This document shows, piece by piece, positions 37,799 to 48,126 of a DNA stretch of 64,000 nucleotides. The notes beneath the pieces were generated by a model. The model saw nothing but the letters and a program-made list of their open reading frames with translations. It searched no databases and was not told the origin of the DNA. The stretch's first letter is position 1. Every line of letters begins with the position of its first letter. Source of the DNA: an uncultured bacterium (GTDB lineage: Bacteria; Fidelibacterota; Marinisomatia; Marinisomatales; UBA1611). Location of the stretch: the NCBI GenBank assembly GCA_943788175.1, contig CALSPG010000007.1, positions 288,001 to 352,000 of the forward strand, given 5' to 3'. Both the position numbers and the translations under genes were made by a program.

Positions 37799-37910
37799 CT
37801 GATCACCTCCTTTCGTTTAGTTAATTAATTACACACGTTAAAACATATGAATAAATATAAATATATATCAAATGTTGTTTCTCATTTTATGATGTAAAGT
37901 TTAGGGTGCA

Positions 37911-38432
37911 ATGATTTATATTCACTTAATGCGATTAATATTTCTACTTCTTTTGTCTACTTATCAGTTCGGATGTTTAACAAGCAATCTGGAAATTAAA
38001 GTAGTTTCTGCTGATGAATTATTTGTTGATATCAAAAATAATAATTCTTCAAAAATTGTCTTAGTTAATGTTTGGTCGACTTGGTGTATTCCATGTATTG
38101 AAGAATTTCCTTATATAGTCGACCTTGAGAAAAAGTATAAAAATGAGGATGTAAAGGTGGTTTTTGTGAGCGCAGATTGGGATGAAAATTCTCAAGTAGT
38201 TTATGATTTTTTAGTTAGTGAAGGTGTTACAGGTATTCATTATCGTAAAAAAGAGGGGAACGATGAAAATTTTATTAATGAATTTTCATCGTTTTGGAGT
38301 GGAGCCCTCCCTTTTACTGGTCTCTACAACAAAGATATGGTTCTAAAAAAATACTGGGAAGGGAAAAAAGATGAAGCTTTTTTTAAAAGCAGTATTGATT
38401 CTTTAATAAATAATAGAGGAGAAAAGTTGTGA
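37911..38432 (+). CDS. TlpA-like thioredoxin-fold lipoprotein
   Basis: 'LVNVWSTWCIPCIEEFP', 'GALPFT'; possible lipobox QFG-C; start may be ATG 37929. Confidence 0.85.
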   Translation: MIYIHLMRLIFLLLLSTYQFGCLTSNLEIKVVSADELFVDIKNNNSSKIVLVNVWSTWCIPCIEEFPYIVDLEKKYKNEDVKVVFVSADWDENSQVVYDFLVSEGVTGIHYRKKEGNDENFINEFSSFWSGALPFTGLYNKDMVLKKYWEGKKDEAFFKSSIDSLINNRGEKL

Positions 38433-39016
38433 AAAACATAATTATAATATGCTTGACGGTACTATGTTTTAATTTAGGTGCGAAAGAATTATCTATAGGA
38501 GATGATATTGTAGGCCTTAATTACAGGTTAAATAATATTGACGGGAAAAATCTAAGCATCTCTGATTTAAAAAAAGAAAACGGAATCCTAGTTATTTTTA
38601 GTTGTAATACGTGTCCATGGGTCGTTAGGTGGCAAGATAGATATAATTCTATTGCTAAGACATGTGACGATAATGGAGTTGGTTTTGTTGCCGTCAATTC
38701 AAACGCTAGGTTGCATGACAGTGTTGACAGTATTGAAGAAATGATAAAACATGCAAGGATTAATAAGTATTCTTTTCCTTATGCGATGGATCAAAATGCC
38801 AAATTAGCAAAGGCTTTTGGCGCCGCAAAAACACCTCATGTTTATTTATTTAACAGCGATGGTAAACTTTTTTACAAGGGTGCTATTGATGACAATGCTA
38901 AAAGCGCAAAAAAAGTAAAAAACAATTATCTAAAAGATGCACTTGATGCTTTGGGAAGAAACGAAAAGATTGCGTTGAGCTCAACGAAGGCACTAGGCTG
39001 TTCAATAAAGTTTTAA
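38429..39016 (+). CDS. Exported thioredoxin-family (AhpC/TSA redoxin-like) protein
   Basis: 'VIFSCNTCPWV', 'FGAAKTPHVYLF', 'YKGAIDD', terminal 'GCSIK'. Confidence 0.85.
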   Translation: MKNIIIICLTVLCFNLGAKELSIGDDIVGLNYRLNNIDGKNLSISDLKKENGILVIFSCNTCPWVVRWQDRYNSIAKTCDDNGVGFVAVNSNARLHDSVDSIEEMIKHARINKYSFPYAMDQNAKLAKAFGAAKTPHVYLFNSDGKLFYKGAIDDNAKSAKKVKNNYLKDALDALGRNEKIALSSTKALGCSIKF

Positions 39017-39037
39017 TTAGATTGAGATTCTGTTGAG

Positions 39038-39110
39038 TGGCTCGGGCCGGAATCGAACCAGCGACACATGGATTTTCAGTCCACTGCTCTACCAACTGAG
39101 CTACCGAGCC
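39038..39110 (-). tRNA. tRNA-Phe (anticodon GAA), CCA not encoded
   Basis: Minus strand GGCTCGG TA GCTC AGTTGGTA GAGC A GTGGA CT-GAA-AA TCCAT GTGTC GCTGG TTCGATT CCGGC CCGAGCC A. Confidence 0.97.
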
Positions 39111-39335
39111 AACAACAAAAATTATAAGATGATGCAAATGATTAACAGACCTAATCAATTAAGCTGCGAAAATTAATATATTTTATTGGTATTTCAACTT
39201 TTCTTATGAAATGATTTTAAAAATTAAAAAACACACGTGACTGTTTTTGGATTTTTATTCAATCACAAGTTAATGTAAATATTGATTTAGCAATCTTAAC
39301 TTCAGCTCCATCTTTAACGTTTATAAAACAAAACA

Positions 39336-39984
39336 ATGCGAATGCAAGAATTAGTTATAGCGACGCATAACAATGATAAAAAAACAGAGATGCAATATGC
39401 ATTAAAAGGTTTAGAGGTTAAAATTTTATCTCTTGATAGTTTCCCGGAAATTGGTGAGATTGAAGAATCAGGTTCTACGTTACTTGAGAATTCTTTCATA
39501 AAAGCTAAAGAGGTTTATCGGAAAACAGGAATACCGACCTTAGCTGATGATACGGGTCTCGAGGTAGAATTTTTAAACGGAGCTCCGGGGGTTTATTCAG
39601 CTCGTTATGCGGGGGAAAATGTCACTTATGAAGACAATGTCAAGAAGTTGCTTTCTGAACTCGCTGGTGTAGAAAAAAAATTAAGAGCGGCGCAGTTTAG
39701 AACTGTGATTAGCTTTTTCAGTGCTAAAAAGGAACTTTGGGTTGATGGACGTATTGAAGGTACTGTAACTGAAAAGCCGATTGGCGAAAAAGGTTTTGGT
39801 TATGATTCAGTTTTTTTTGTGCCTGATAGAGATTTAACTTTTGCTCAAATGGGAAAAGAAGAAAAAAAATAAAATTAGTCACAGGGGTTTAGCTTTAAAA
39901 AAGATGGTTAGACTTTTTAAAAGAAAACATCTACTAAAAAAGGGAGGTTTTATCGATCAAACTCGCTATTGTTTAACTAAATAA
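39336..39984 (+). CDS. rdgB: dITP/XTP pyrophosphatase with a +1 frameshift in an A8 run at 39862-39869 (likely sequencing error)
   Basis: 'ATHNNDK', 'ADDTGLEV..LNGAPGVYSARYAG', 'GFGYD'; the conserved 'KNKISHRG' continues in the shifted frame; 3' end is 39984, or 39937 if a second indel exists. Confidence 0.9.
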
Positions 39985-39990
39985 TAAATC

Positions 39991-42900
39991 TTGTTTAAAA
40001 CATATAAATATCTTTTTCTCTTGGGCATTGTACTGGCAATGGCTAATGCAATACGCCCTTATCAAAATATATTCGCTCAGGGAGATTCTGCAACATCCTC
40101 TAATCACTGAGGAGCGCAAACTATTTCTATACATTCCTGAGTCTGAATTCGTTGTGAATCCTTTTCCTAGTCACATTTTTAATTTGGTACAGCCGCTCGA
40201 TTCTTCATCTAGCCCTAAAGGTATTTTAAATATTAAATATGATAATTTGAAAACAGATATCCTTCTTGCAAAAGATTGGAGCACAATTACCATTAAGCAA
40301 TATGTTGACGGCTATTCTTATAAAATTCCTTTTACGGCTGACGTGGAATGGTATCTAAGAAAATATAATGAACGCAAAAGTTATGCTAAGTTCATTCAAT
40401 TGGTACATCAATCTGCGAAGGATGGTACGAGCAAAAGAAAAGGACAGATGATGGAAGTTGTCGGCATGGACCTTGGAAATCTCGGGCGGGCTTCTTTGAG
40501 CTTAAATGGAAACGTTACAATAACTGGGAATATGATTTTTCAAGATCAAGAGTTAGTGAGGTCTTCATTAAATCAAACTCAAAATACACATCTTGAATTT
40601 GATCAAAAGCAACATCTTAATATCCAGGGAAAAATTGGAGATAGAATTACTGTAAATATGGGATCAAGATTCTGAGAGACAATTTGATTGGGAAAATAAT
40701 ATTCGAATTAATTATGAAGGTTTTGAAGACGATATCATCCAAAAAGTAGAGGCGGGTAATATATCTTTATCTCTGCCATCAACAAAGTATGTAACCTTTT
40801 CAGGAAAAAATCAGGGTCTTTTTGGTATCAAATCAATCTCAAAATTGGGGCCAATTGATATCACGACAATTGCTTCAATTGAAAAAGCCAAAAAAGAACA
40901 GGAAGAGTATAAGGGTGGAGCGCAGTCAAGTACTCAGCAAATCCGTGATGTTGATTGGATAAAAAATAGATACTTTTTTATCCATCCTTGGTTTAGAAAA
41001 CGGTATTGATACTTTGATTGTTAACAATTTGGCAATAAACGATGTAAATATTCCTTCTTTTTATCCGCTCAAAAATGGCCTTCATTACCTTGGGAACCTC
41101 GTAGTCAAAAACTTTGAACTCTATAAGTCTATTAATACAAATGATGCTGGAGCTGTGACAGGTACGGCCTTTATTAATCCGCTGAATTCGACTGATTCTC
41201 TCTATACTGATGATAATGAGACTGGAAATTTCATTCGATTAGAATCCGGAACTAATTATGAAATGAGTGCCGATCTAGGTTACATAAGATTAAGAGATAT
41301 GGTAATGAATGAAATCCTTGGTTGTTCTTTTACCCTGGAAGATCGAAATACTGGACAAACTGTTCTTGAAGTTGGGGCCCCAGCAGATTCGCTCGGAACA
41401 AACTTATCGTTGATGATGCTTAAACCTCGAAATAGCCATCCTAATCACCCGAGCTGGGAACTAATGTTTAAAAATGTTTACTACCTTGGCACAACGCAAA
41501 TAAATCAGGACGGCTTTGAAGTTAACCTAATTAATAAAAGGTCTACTCCTGAAAGTGAGCGCGATAGAACAACAAGCTTACCATATATTACACTGTTTGG
41601 GTTAGACAGTTTAGATGTTAATGGAGTTCGTCAGTACGATGAGATCATTGACTTTCAATCTGGGAATATAATCAATATGTTAAACGGCGAATTACTAATA
41701 CCCTCCTTGCATCCTTTTGCTTTAATAGATTCACTAGAAGGTGGGAATAGTGTTGAAGCTTTGAAGAGTCAACTTGGTTCAGGAAAGATGTATACTTCTT
41801 CGATATCTTCGGAAATAAATAGTGACAATAGATTTGTTATCGAGACTAAATACAGTAACCAAAGTTCGACTATTAACCTGGGATTTATGTTGGTTGAAGG
41901 TAGTGAAGAAGTTGTTCAGAACAATATTGTTTTAAAAAGAGGTATGGATTATCAAATAGATTACTTCACAGGAACTATCGTTTTAATGGGAAGTGCAGCT
42001 GATGATCCAAATGCTGATTTAAAAGTTCGTTATGATAGACATGAAATTGTTTCATTTGACAAAAAAACTATATTTGGTACACGAGCTCAAATGGATTTAG
42101 GCGAGAAGTCATTTATAGGTGCTACGGCACTTTATTATAATCAATCAATTATGAATCAAAAAATTGAAGTTGGTTATGAGCCAACGCGAAATTTCATATG
42201 GGATTTGAACGGAAGGTATGAATGGGAATTAGATGGTATTACTCGTTTATTGGATCGTTTTCCTATCATTGAAACTGATAAAATGACGAGTTTATCCATT
42301 GAGGGTGAAATTGCTCAAGTTCTGCCAAACCCCAATTCAATAAGTAATTCGGCAACTGGAGACCCAAATGGTGTTGCCTTTATTGATGATTTTGAGGGTT
42401 CTAAAAGGACCACTTCACCATCTATTCAAAGACGTTTTTGGAAACAGTCCTCTGCTCCAAATTTTTATGATACAGAATTAAATATTTTTGGAGGAGAATA
42501 TTCTCAAAGAAACCGAGGTGAATTATTTTGGTACAATCCTTATATACCTGTAAGAACACGAGAAATTTGGCCCAATCAGTCAACTTCGGTGCAAGCTGGA
42601 AATGAAACCACAGATGTTTTAGTGCTACGATATCGTAAAAGATCCCATCAAAAAAATATAGATAATGATTCATCCTGGGTTGGTATTTCAACTTCTTTAT
42701 ATTCAGGAGATTATGATCAGACTCAAAGTAAATTTTTTGAAATATGGCTTAAAGGGAATGAAGGAAATCTAGCAATAGATCTTGGTAAAATAAGTGAAGA
42801 TTGGGATGGGAATGGTATTTTAAATACAGAAGATATTCCTGAAGCTGGATTAACACTTGGGAATGGTTTTCTTGAAGATCCTGAGGATACCGGACTTGAT

Positions 42901-45900
42901 GGCTGTTTTGATGATTACGAAAATGGTTGGGGTGGGTGTTTAGAAGACAATACTTACCAATTCTACGTAGAGCAAAATGAAACTAATATTATTAATGTTG
43001 GCTATGATGTCGACCCTTATGATCCGAATGGAGATAACTGGAATTATGATCAGGGGAGCAGTAACTATTCTAAAGCGAATGGAACTGAAGGCAATGGAAC
43101 TGGTTCCAAAATCCAAGAGGGTGGGAAGTATCCAGACACTGAAGATTTAGACCGTTCAGGGTTTATTGACAAAGTGAATGATTATTTTTCTACAAGTTTT
43201 GACCTAACGGACACTACTTATTTAGCTGGACAAACAGAAAAGAACGGTATAGAAACTGGATGGAAATTATTTAGAATACCTCTTTCAGATTTTAAGAACT
43301 CCGGTTCTACTGAATGGAATGAGATTAGGTATATAAGAATGTCAGTATCTGGTTTTGATTCAATTTACTCGTCTATTCAGGTTGCAAAAATTGAAATAGT
43401 AGGTAATGAATGGCAAGAGTTAGGAGTTTTTTCTCCCTCAAACGATAGTGAAGACAACAATACGGTAAACTTAAAAAAAGAAAATAAAATTTTAAATTCT
43501 TCTTCTAGTTTTTCAATGGATAATCACGATACTCCCTCATTTCAAATTGCGGTTATCAATACAGAGGATAATGCGGAATATGTTCCTCCTGATGGAGTGC
43601 AAGGTGAGTATGATAGGATTAATCAAATAAGATCAAAAGAACAATCGCTCGTGATGAAGTTTGATAATTTGCCTCCGCTGCATTCTGGGTCTGCTCAAAA
43701 GACACTTTATACTTTAAATGATGATCAAAAAAGAAGTTTCATGACGTATGATTTAATGAAGATGTATGTATATGGAAATAGTCAATGGATGACCCATCTT
43801 AATACAGATATTGAACTATTCCTTCGCTTTGGTCTTGGTGATGATTATTATGAAGTAACCCAACCTGTTTACAGTGGCTGGGATGAAGATAAAGGCAGAA
43901 ATAGTATTGAGCTTCAACTGGATTGGTTAGCTGAATTAAAATTAAAAGATTCTACATCAGTAAAAAGGTATAAGCAGACAGATGTGTTTATTGACTCCGC
44001 TGATGTAAAAAGATACTTATATACTGATGATGAAGGAATCCAAACAGGAAAAAGAATTTATATCAAAGGCAAGCCAGCATTAAACAGAATTCAGTATTTT
44101 ATAATGGGAGTAAGAAATACATCGGACGAGATTGTTGATGGTGAGGTCTGGGTTGATGAATTGAGGCTTAGCGGTGTTAAAAAAGACAGAGGTGTGGCGA
44201 TGAGAGTCCAGTCTTCTCTGAAACTTGCAGACTTAGGTTCTGCAAACTTTACGTATAGTAGGCAAGATGCAGATTTTCATCGATTACAAGAAAGATTATC
44301 GAGGGGTACAAGTACAGCTGAAAACTTTAATGTTTCTGGGCGATTAGATTTACACCGTTTTTTACCGAGGTCCTGGGGGTTTATTTTACCCGTAAATGCT
44401 TCTATCAGTAGTGCAACAAACACACCAAAATATTTTCCAGGAGAAGATATCTTAGTAGATCAAAATGCTGCTCCCGATACAATCATAGCACAAAGTCAAA
44501 CTATAAGTTTTAGTGCGTCATTGGGAAAAACTTCAAAATCAGATAATAAACTAGTAAAGTATACGATTGATAATATAAAAACTAACTTCAGCGCATCTCA
44601 ATCAAGATCTTCAGATATAACCTATACTCAAAAATGGTCAGAATCGTATTCAGGAAAGGTTAGTTATAGTTTACCTTTTGGAAGAGATAATTATGTAAGC
44701 CCTCTGAAGTGGGTAAAAGAATTTCCGTTGGTTGGTTCTTTAAGTGACTGGCAAATTTATTATACTCCATCCGGATTTAATACAACTATGAGTTTTACAG
44801 AAAAACTATCATGGAATGAGACAAGATCATCAATAAGGTCTCCAGATAGTTATAACTTTGGCTTGAGTAGGAATATGAACTTGGATTATAAAATCACAAA
44901 TAATTTAGCAACAAAATATGCTTGGACAGGTTCTAGTAAATTAAATGATTACAGAGGATATGCCTGGGTTGCTTTAAAGAACCTCGACCCAGGTTTGGTT
45001 ACAAACGTGACTGAAACGATGAATACAACATACAGTCCTAAATTTTTACAATGGTTAAAACCAAATTTGAGTTATTCTGCTAGCTATCGCTGGACTAATG
45101 ATTTATCTAGAGAAGGACAAAATATTAGTTCAAACCTTAGATTTAATTCGAGCTTTACAATCACTCCAGTTCAAATACTTGAATTTTTTTATAAACCGCC
45201 TAGAAAACAGAGCAGAAATAGTATAAGGTCCAGGGGCAGTAGATCGAGGTCACGATCAAGGGCAGCTAAACAAAATGAGAGTTCAAAGAAAAAGAAAGAA
45301 TCAAAAGAAATTAAGTCGCTTACCTTTGTTCATGGTATAGTAGATAAAGTAAATCCAATATCTTTAAGCTATACTGAAACATTAAATAGGTCCTCAAACC
45401 AAGTTATTGGCGATGTGCCGGTAGGTTATAAGTTCGGTTGGATGCCAGAGCATGGTTTAGTTCAATCTTCTGAAGTAGGTTCAAACCTTGGTAGTTGGGA
45501 CCATAAAAGAGATGGTTCTGTTCGCTCAGGGATTAAGCTTTCTAGATTAATTACTGTTAATTTTAATTTTTCTCAAAACTTTTCTAGTGTTATAAGCGGT
45601 TCGGGAATTGAACAACGAACAATGTCAAGAGATTATATTGCGGTTGATGAATTTTTTAGTACTGGCATGCCTTTCCCAGGGTGGAGTTTTAGATTAGCTG
45701 GTGTAGAAAAATGGCCAATAATTAAATGGGTAGCAAAGTCTGCTTCCATTGATCATAGTTATGCTGGGAAAGAAACTCGATCTTGGCAGTTCGAAGACAT
45801 TACGCCTGATAATATTAATTTTTTTAAGTTAGCCAACTTCGTTGATGACAATAAAGATTATGAAAGATCTTCAAGGATTAACATGAATTTTTCTCCTTTA

Positions 45901-46338
45901 ATTGGTTTTAATATGAGTTTGAAGAAAAATATTTCTGTTACGTTTAGACACAACCGAAACTTATCATTAGATGAGCTTCCAACCGGGCTTACAATAAGAA
46001 AAGATCATAGTTATACATCTACTGCATCTTATACACATAGAGGTGGAATGACTATACCATTGCCTTATTATGGGAATATCAAATTAAATAATAATATAAG
46101 TTTTACTTTAAATTTCGATATGAATGATAGCAAAGAGTTTAAATCGGGCGATAAAATAGATCTTGAGGAAGGCGCATTTTCATCAAATTGGAAAACGGGT
46201 TTGAGGATTTCATATCAATTCTCAAATAAGATTTCCGGGGGTTTGAGGTATGAATACAGAGAAAGTGATAGTCGAACAATGGGGGAAAAAGTGGACAGAG
46301 ATTTTGGTTTTGACATTAACATTGCGATAACAGGGTGA
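39991..46338 (+). CDS. sprA: SprA/Sov-like T9SS outer-membrane translocon (about 2114 aa after removing three +1 indels)
   Basis: Signal peptide from TTG 39991; the segment missed by the ORF track (40663-40996) reads 'DQDSERQFDWENNIRINYEGFEDDIIQKVEAGNISLSLP...GLFGIK'; also 'WELMFKNVY', 'AFIDDFEGS', 'IDLGKISED', 'EVWVDELRL'. Extra bases in runs at 40080-82, 40660-62 and 40997-41000. Confidence 0.85.
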
Positions 46339-47264
46339 TGCGGTTAATAATAATAGTTTTTATTATATCAATGGCCAACCTCGGTTGTGAAACTGTTATG
46401 CCTATTTTTAATGAGGATAAAGCATTTAATCATCTTTTAGCTCAATGTGAATTTGGTCCAAGAAATCCGGGCTCAGATGGGCACATGAAGACGAAAAAAT
46501 ATATATTGAATTTTGTTCAGGAAAGAGCTGACACAGTTATTGTTCAAGAGTTCTCATTTAAAAGCGCTCTTGAAAACAAAAACCATAAAGGAACAAATAT
46601 TATTGCGAGGGTTAATCCAACAAGTAATACTCAAATTCTAATTGGCGCGCATTGGGATACCCGTCCACTAGCTGATCAAGACGAAGACAGTAGAAACTAT
46701 GAAAAGCCTATATTAGGTGCTAACGACGGTGCATCGGGTGTAGCTGTTCTTTTGGAATTGGTTGATCTATTAAAAGCTAATCGCCCCGATATTGGCATTA
46801 ATTTCGTTTTTTTTGACGCAGAGGATAGCGGCGTTTCTGGTGAAAATGAAAGCTATTGCCAAGGGTCTATTTACTTTGCGAAAAATCTACCGATAAAAAA
46901 TATAAAAGAAGCAATAATCTTAGATATGGTGGGAGATAAACAGCTCTCTCTACCCATTGAACGGAATTCTTTAAATTTTCACGGTCAATTAATTCGAAAA
47001 TTATGGGATAGGGCTAAAACTTTAAAACTAGATGCTTTTAAAGGTGTAGTTGGTCCTTTGATCTATGATGACCATGTGCCATTATATCAGTATGCGGGAA
47101 TACCATCGATTGACATTATAGATTTTAGATATCCAAATGCTTTTACAAACTATTGGCATACTGTTGAAGACACTCCAGAAAATTGCAGCCCTGAAAGTCT
47201 TGGGCAGGTAGGTAGTTTAATGGTGGATTACATATTTAATCGTAAATTTTATAATGATAATTAA
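46335..47264 (+). CDS. M28 family lipoprotein, glutaminyl cyclase-like
   Basis: Lipobox NLG-C; 'FGPRNPGS', 'GAHWDTRP', 'GANDGASG', 'FFDAED', 'LDMVG', 'DDH', 'WHT..D'. Confidence 0.8.
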   Translation: MMRLIIIVFIISMANLGCETVMPIFNEDKAFNHLLAQCEFGPRNPGSDGHMKTKKYILNFVQERADTVIVQEFSFKSALENKNHKGTNIIARVNPTSNTQILIGAHWDTRPLADQDEDSRNYEKPILGANDGASGVAVLLELVDLLKANRPDIGINFVFFDAEDSGVSGENESYCQGSIYFAKNLPIKNIKEAIILDMVGDKQLSLPIERNSLNFHGQLIRKLWDRAKTLKLDAFKGVVGPLIYDDHVPLYQYAGIPSIDIIDFRYPNAFTNYWHTVEDTPENCSPESLGQVGSLMVDYIFNRKFYNDN

Positions 47265-47280
47265 GATGTATAAAAATATA

Positions 47281-48126
47281 ATGAAAATAAAATTTTACAA
47301 TTATTTCGTTATAACTACTATTTTTCTAATTGTTGGCTGTGAAGTCAAGGAGCTAGATGATAATGAAATGGTTTATATTTCTGATACACAATTTAATTTT
47401 CACCAGAATACTAATGAATTATATATTAGTTCAAAAGTTGAGCCTGAGTTTGAAGGTAAAGAGCTCGATAAAGTTATAGTAGAGTGGTTTGGAACTGATT
47501 TAGAAAATACAGCAGATAGTTTGATACTTTTAGATGATGGTACTAGTGGTGACATTATATCGATAGATAATATTTTTACAATTAAAATTGATAATGACAG
47601 TTTAAATATTAAAAACACTTTAGGTGATGATTCCGGAAGTGTTTATCTAAATGTTTTAGCGGTCTACATTGGAAAAATAGAACAACAATCATCTTCTTTT
47701 AGAATAGGGAATATAATTCCGCGAATAATTAATATAAATGCTGATTCAGTCATAACTCGGCCTAGTGGAGCGACTCTTTCTTTGCATTTAGTAGGGGCTG
47801 AAGTTTTTGATGCAGACGGATTAAATAATGTTAAATGGGTTGGGTTTACCTCTTTTCACATTGAAGGTGATTCTATAATGAACGGCGGTAATTATATTTA
47901 TTTATATGATGATGGAAGCAGTGATGTGATTTATTTACCTGATATTACTAGCGGAGATATTTTAGGGGGAGATGGAATTTATAGTTTTAAAATTCCTGTA
48001 TTTGGCAGTGGAAATACTGATCCAAACTACCAAACAAAAACAGGGACATTCCGTTGGGACTTTGTAGCTCAAGATAAAAATGATGAATATAGTTTAAGTG
48101 CGTCACATGAAGTTGTCATACAATAG
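47281..48126 (+). CDS. Hypothetical lipoprotein with two 'L.DDG..GD....D.I(Y/F)' (choice-of-anchor X-like) motifs
   Basis: Lipobox IVG-C; 'LLDDGTSGDIISIDNIFT' and 'LYDDGS...GDILGGDGIYS'. Confidence 0.6.
   Translation: MKIKFYNYFVITTIFLIVGCEVKELDDNEMVYISDTQFNFHQNTNELYISSKVEPEFEGKELDKVIVEWFGTDLENTADSLILLDDGTSGDIISIDNIFTIKIDNDSLNIKNTLGDDSGSVYLNVLAVYIGKIEQQSSSFRIGNIIPRIININADSVITRPSGATLSLHLVGAEVFDADGLNNVKWVGFTSFHIEGDSIMNGGNYIYLYDDGSSDVIYLPDITSGDILGGDGIYSFKIPVFGSGNTDPNYQTKTGTFRWDFVAQDKNDEYSLSASHEVVIQ

Larger units (their letters stand above)
37668..37840 (-). ncRNA. Candidate structured small RNA / micro-ORF transcript
   Basis: 11-bp inverted repeat (37715-37725 / 37769-37779) enclosing two hairpins; a G-U pair forms only on the minus strand; 13-nt SD-like sequence; ends in the 17-bp hairpin; 5' end not known. 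Confidence 0.5.

Noticed and set aside
37801-37814. 16S rRNA gene fragment (GATCACCTCCTTTC)
   Set aside because: Flanks lack the helix-45 sequence (GTAACC...GCGGCTG) expected directly upstream; better read as an extended SD on the minus strand
35869-39110. Genomic island between the two tRNAs
   Set aside because: No integrase, no duplicated tRNA 3' end seen, and composition and gene content look native
38898-39158. 86-aa minus-strand ORF in the ORF track
   Set aside because: Runs through tRNA-Phe and antisense to a real gene; spurious
37831-39240. Shared ACACACGT octamer at 37831 and 39231, upstream of two minus-strand RNAs
   Set aside because: Only two 8-nt copies at different distances from the RNAs; chance cannot be excluded
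39991-41013. Programmed frameshifting or pseudogenisation of sprA
   Set aside because: All shifts are +1 in very short homopolymers, clustered with the rdgB indel, and no nonsense decay is present; sequencing error is simpler
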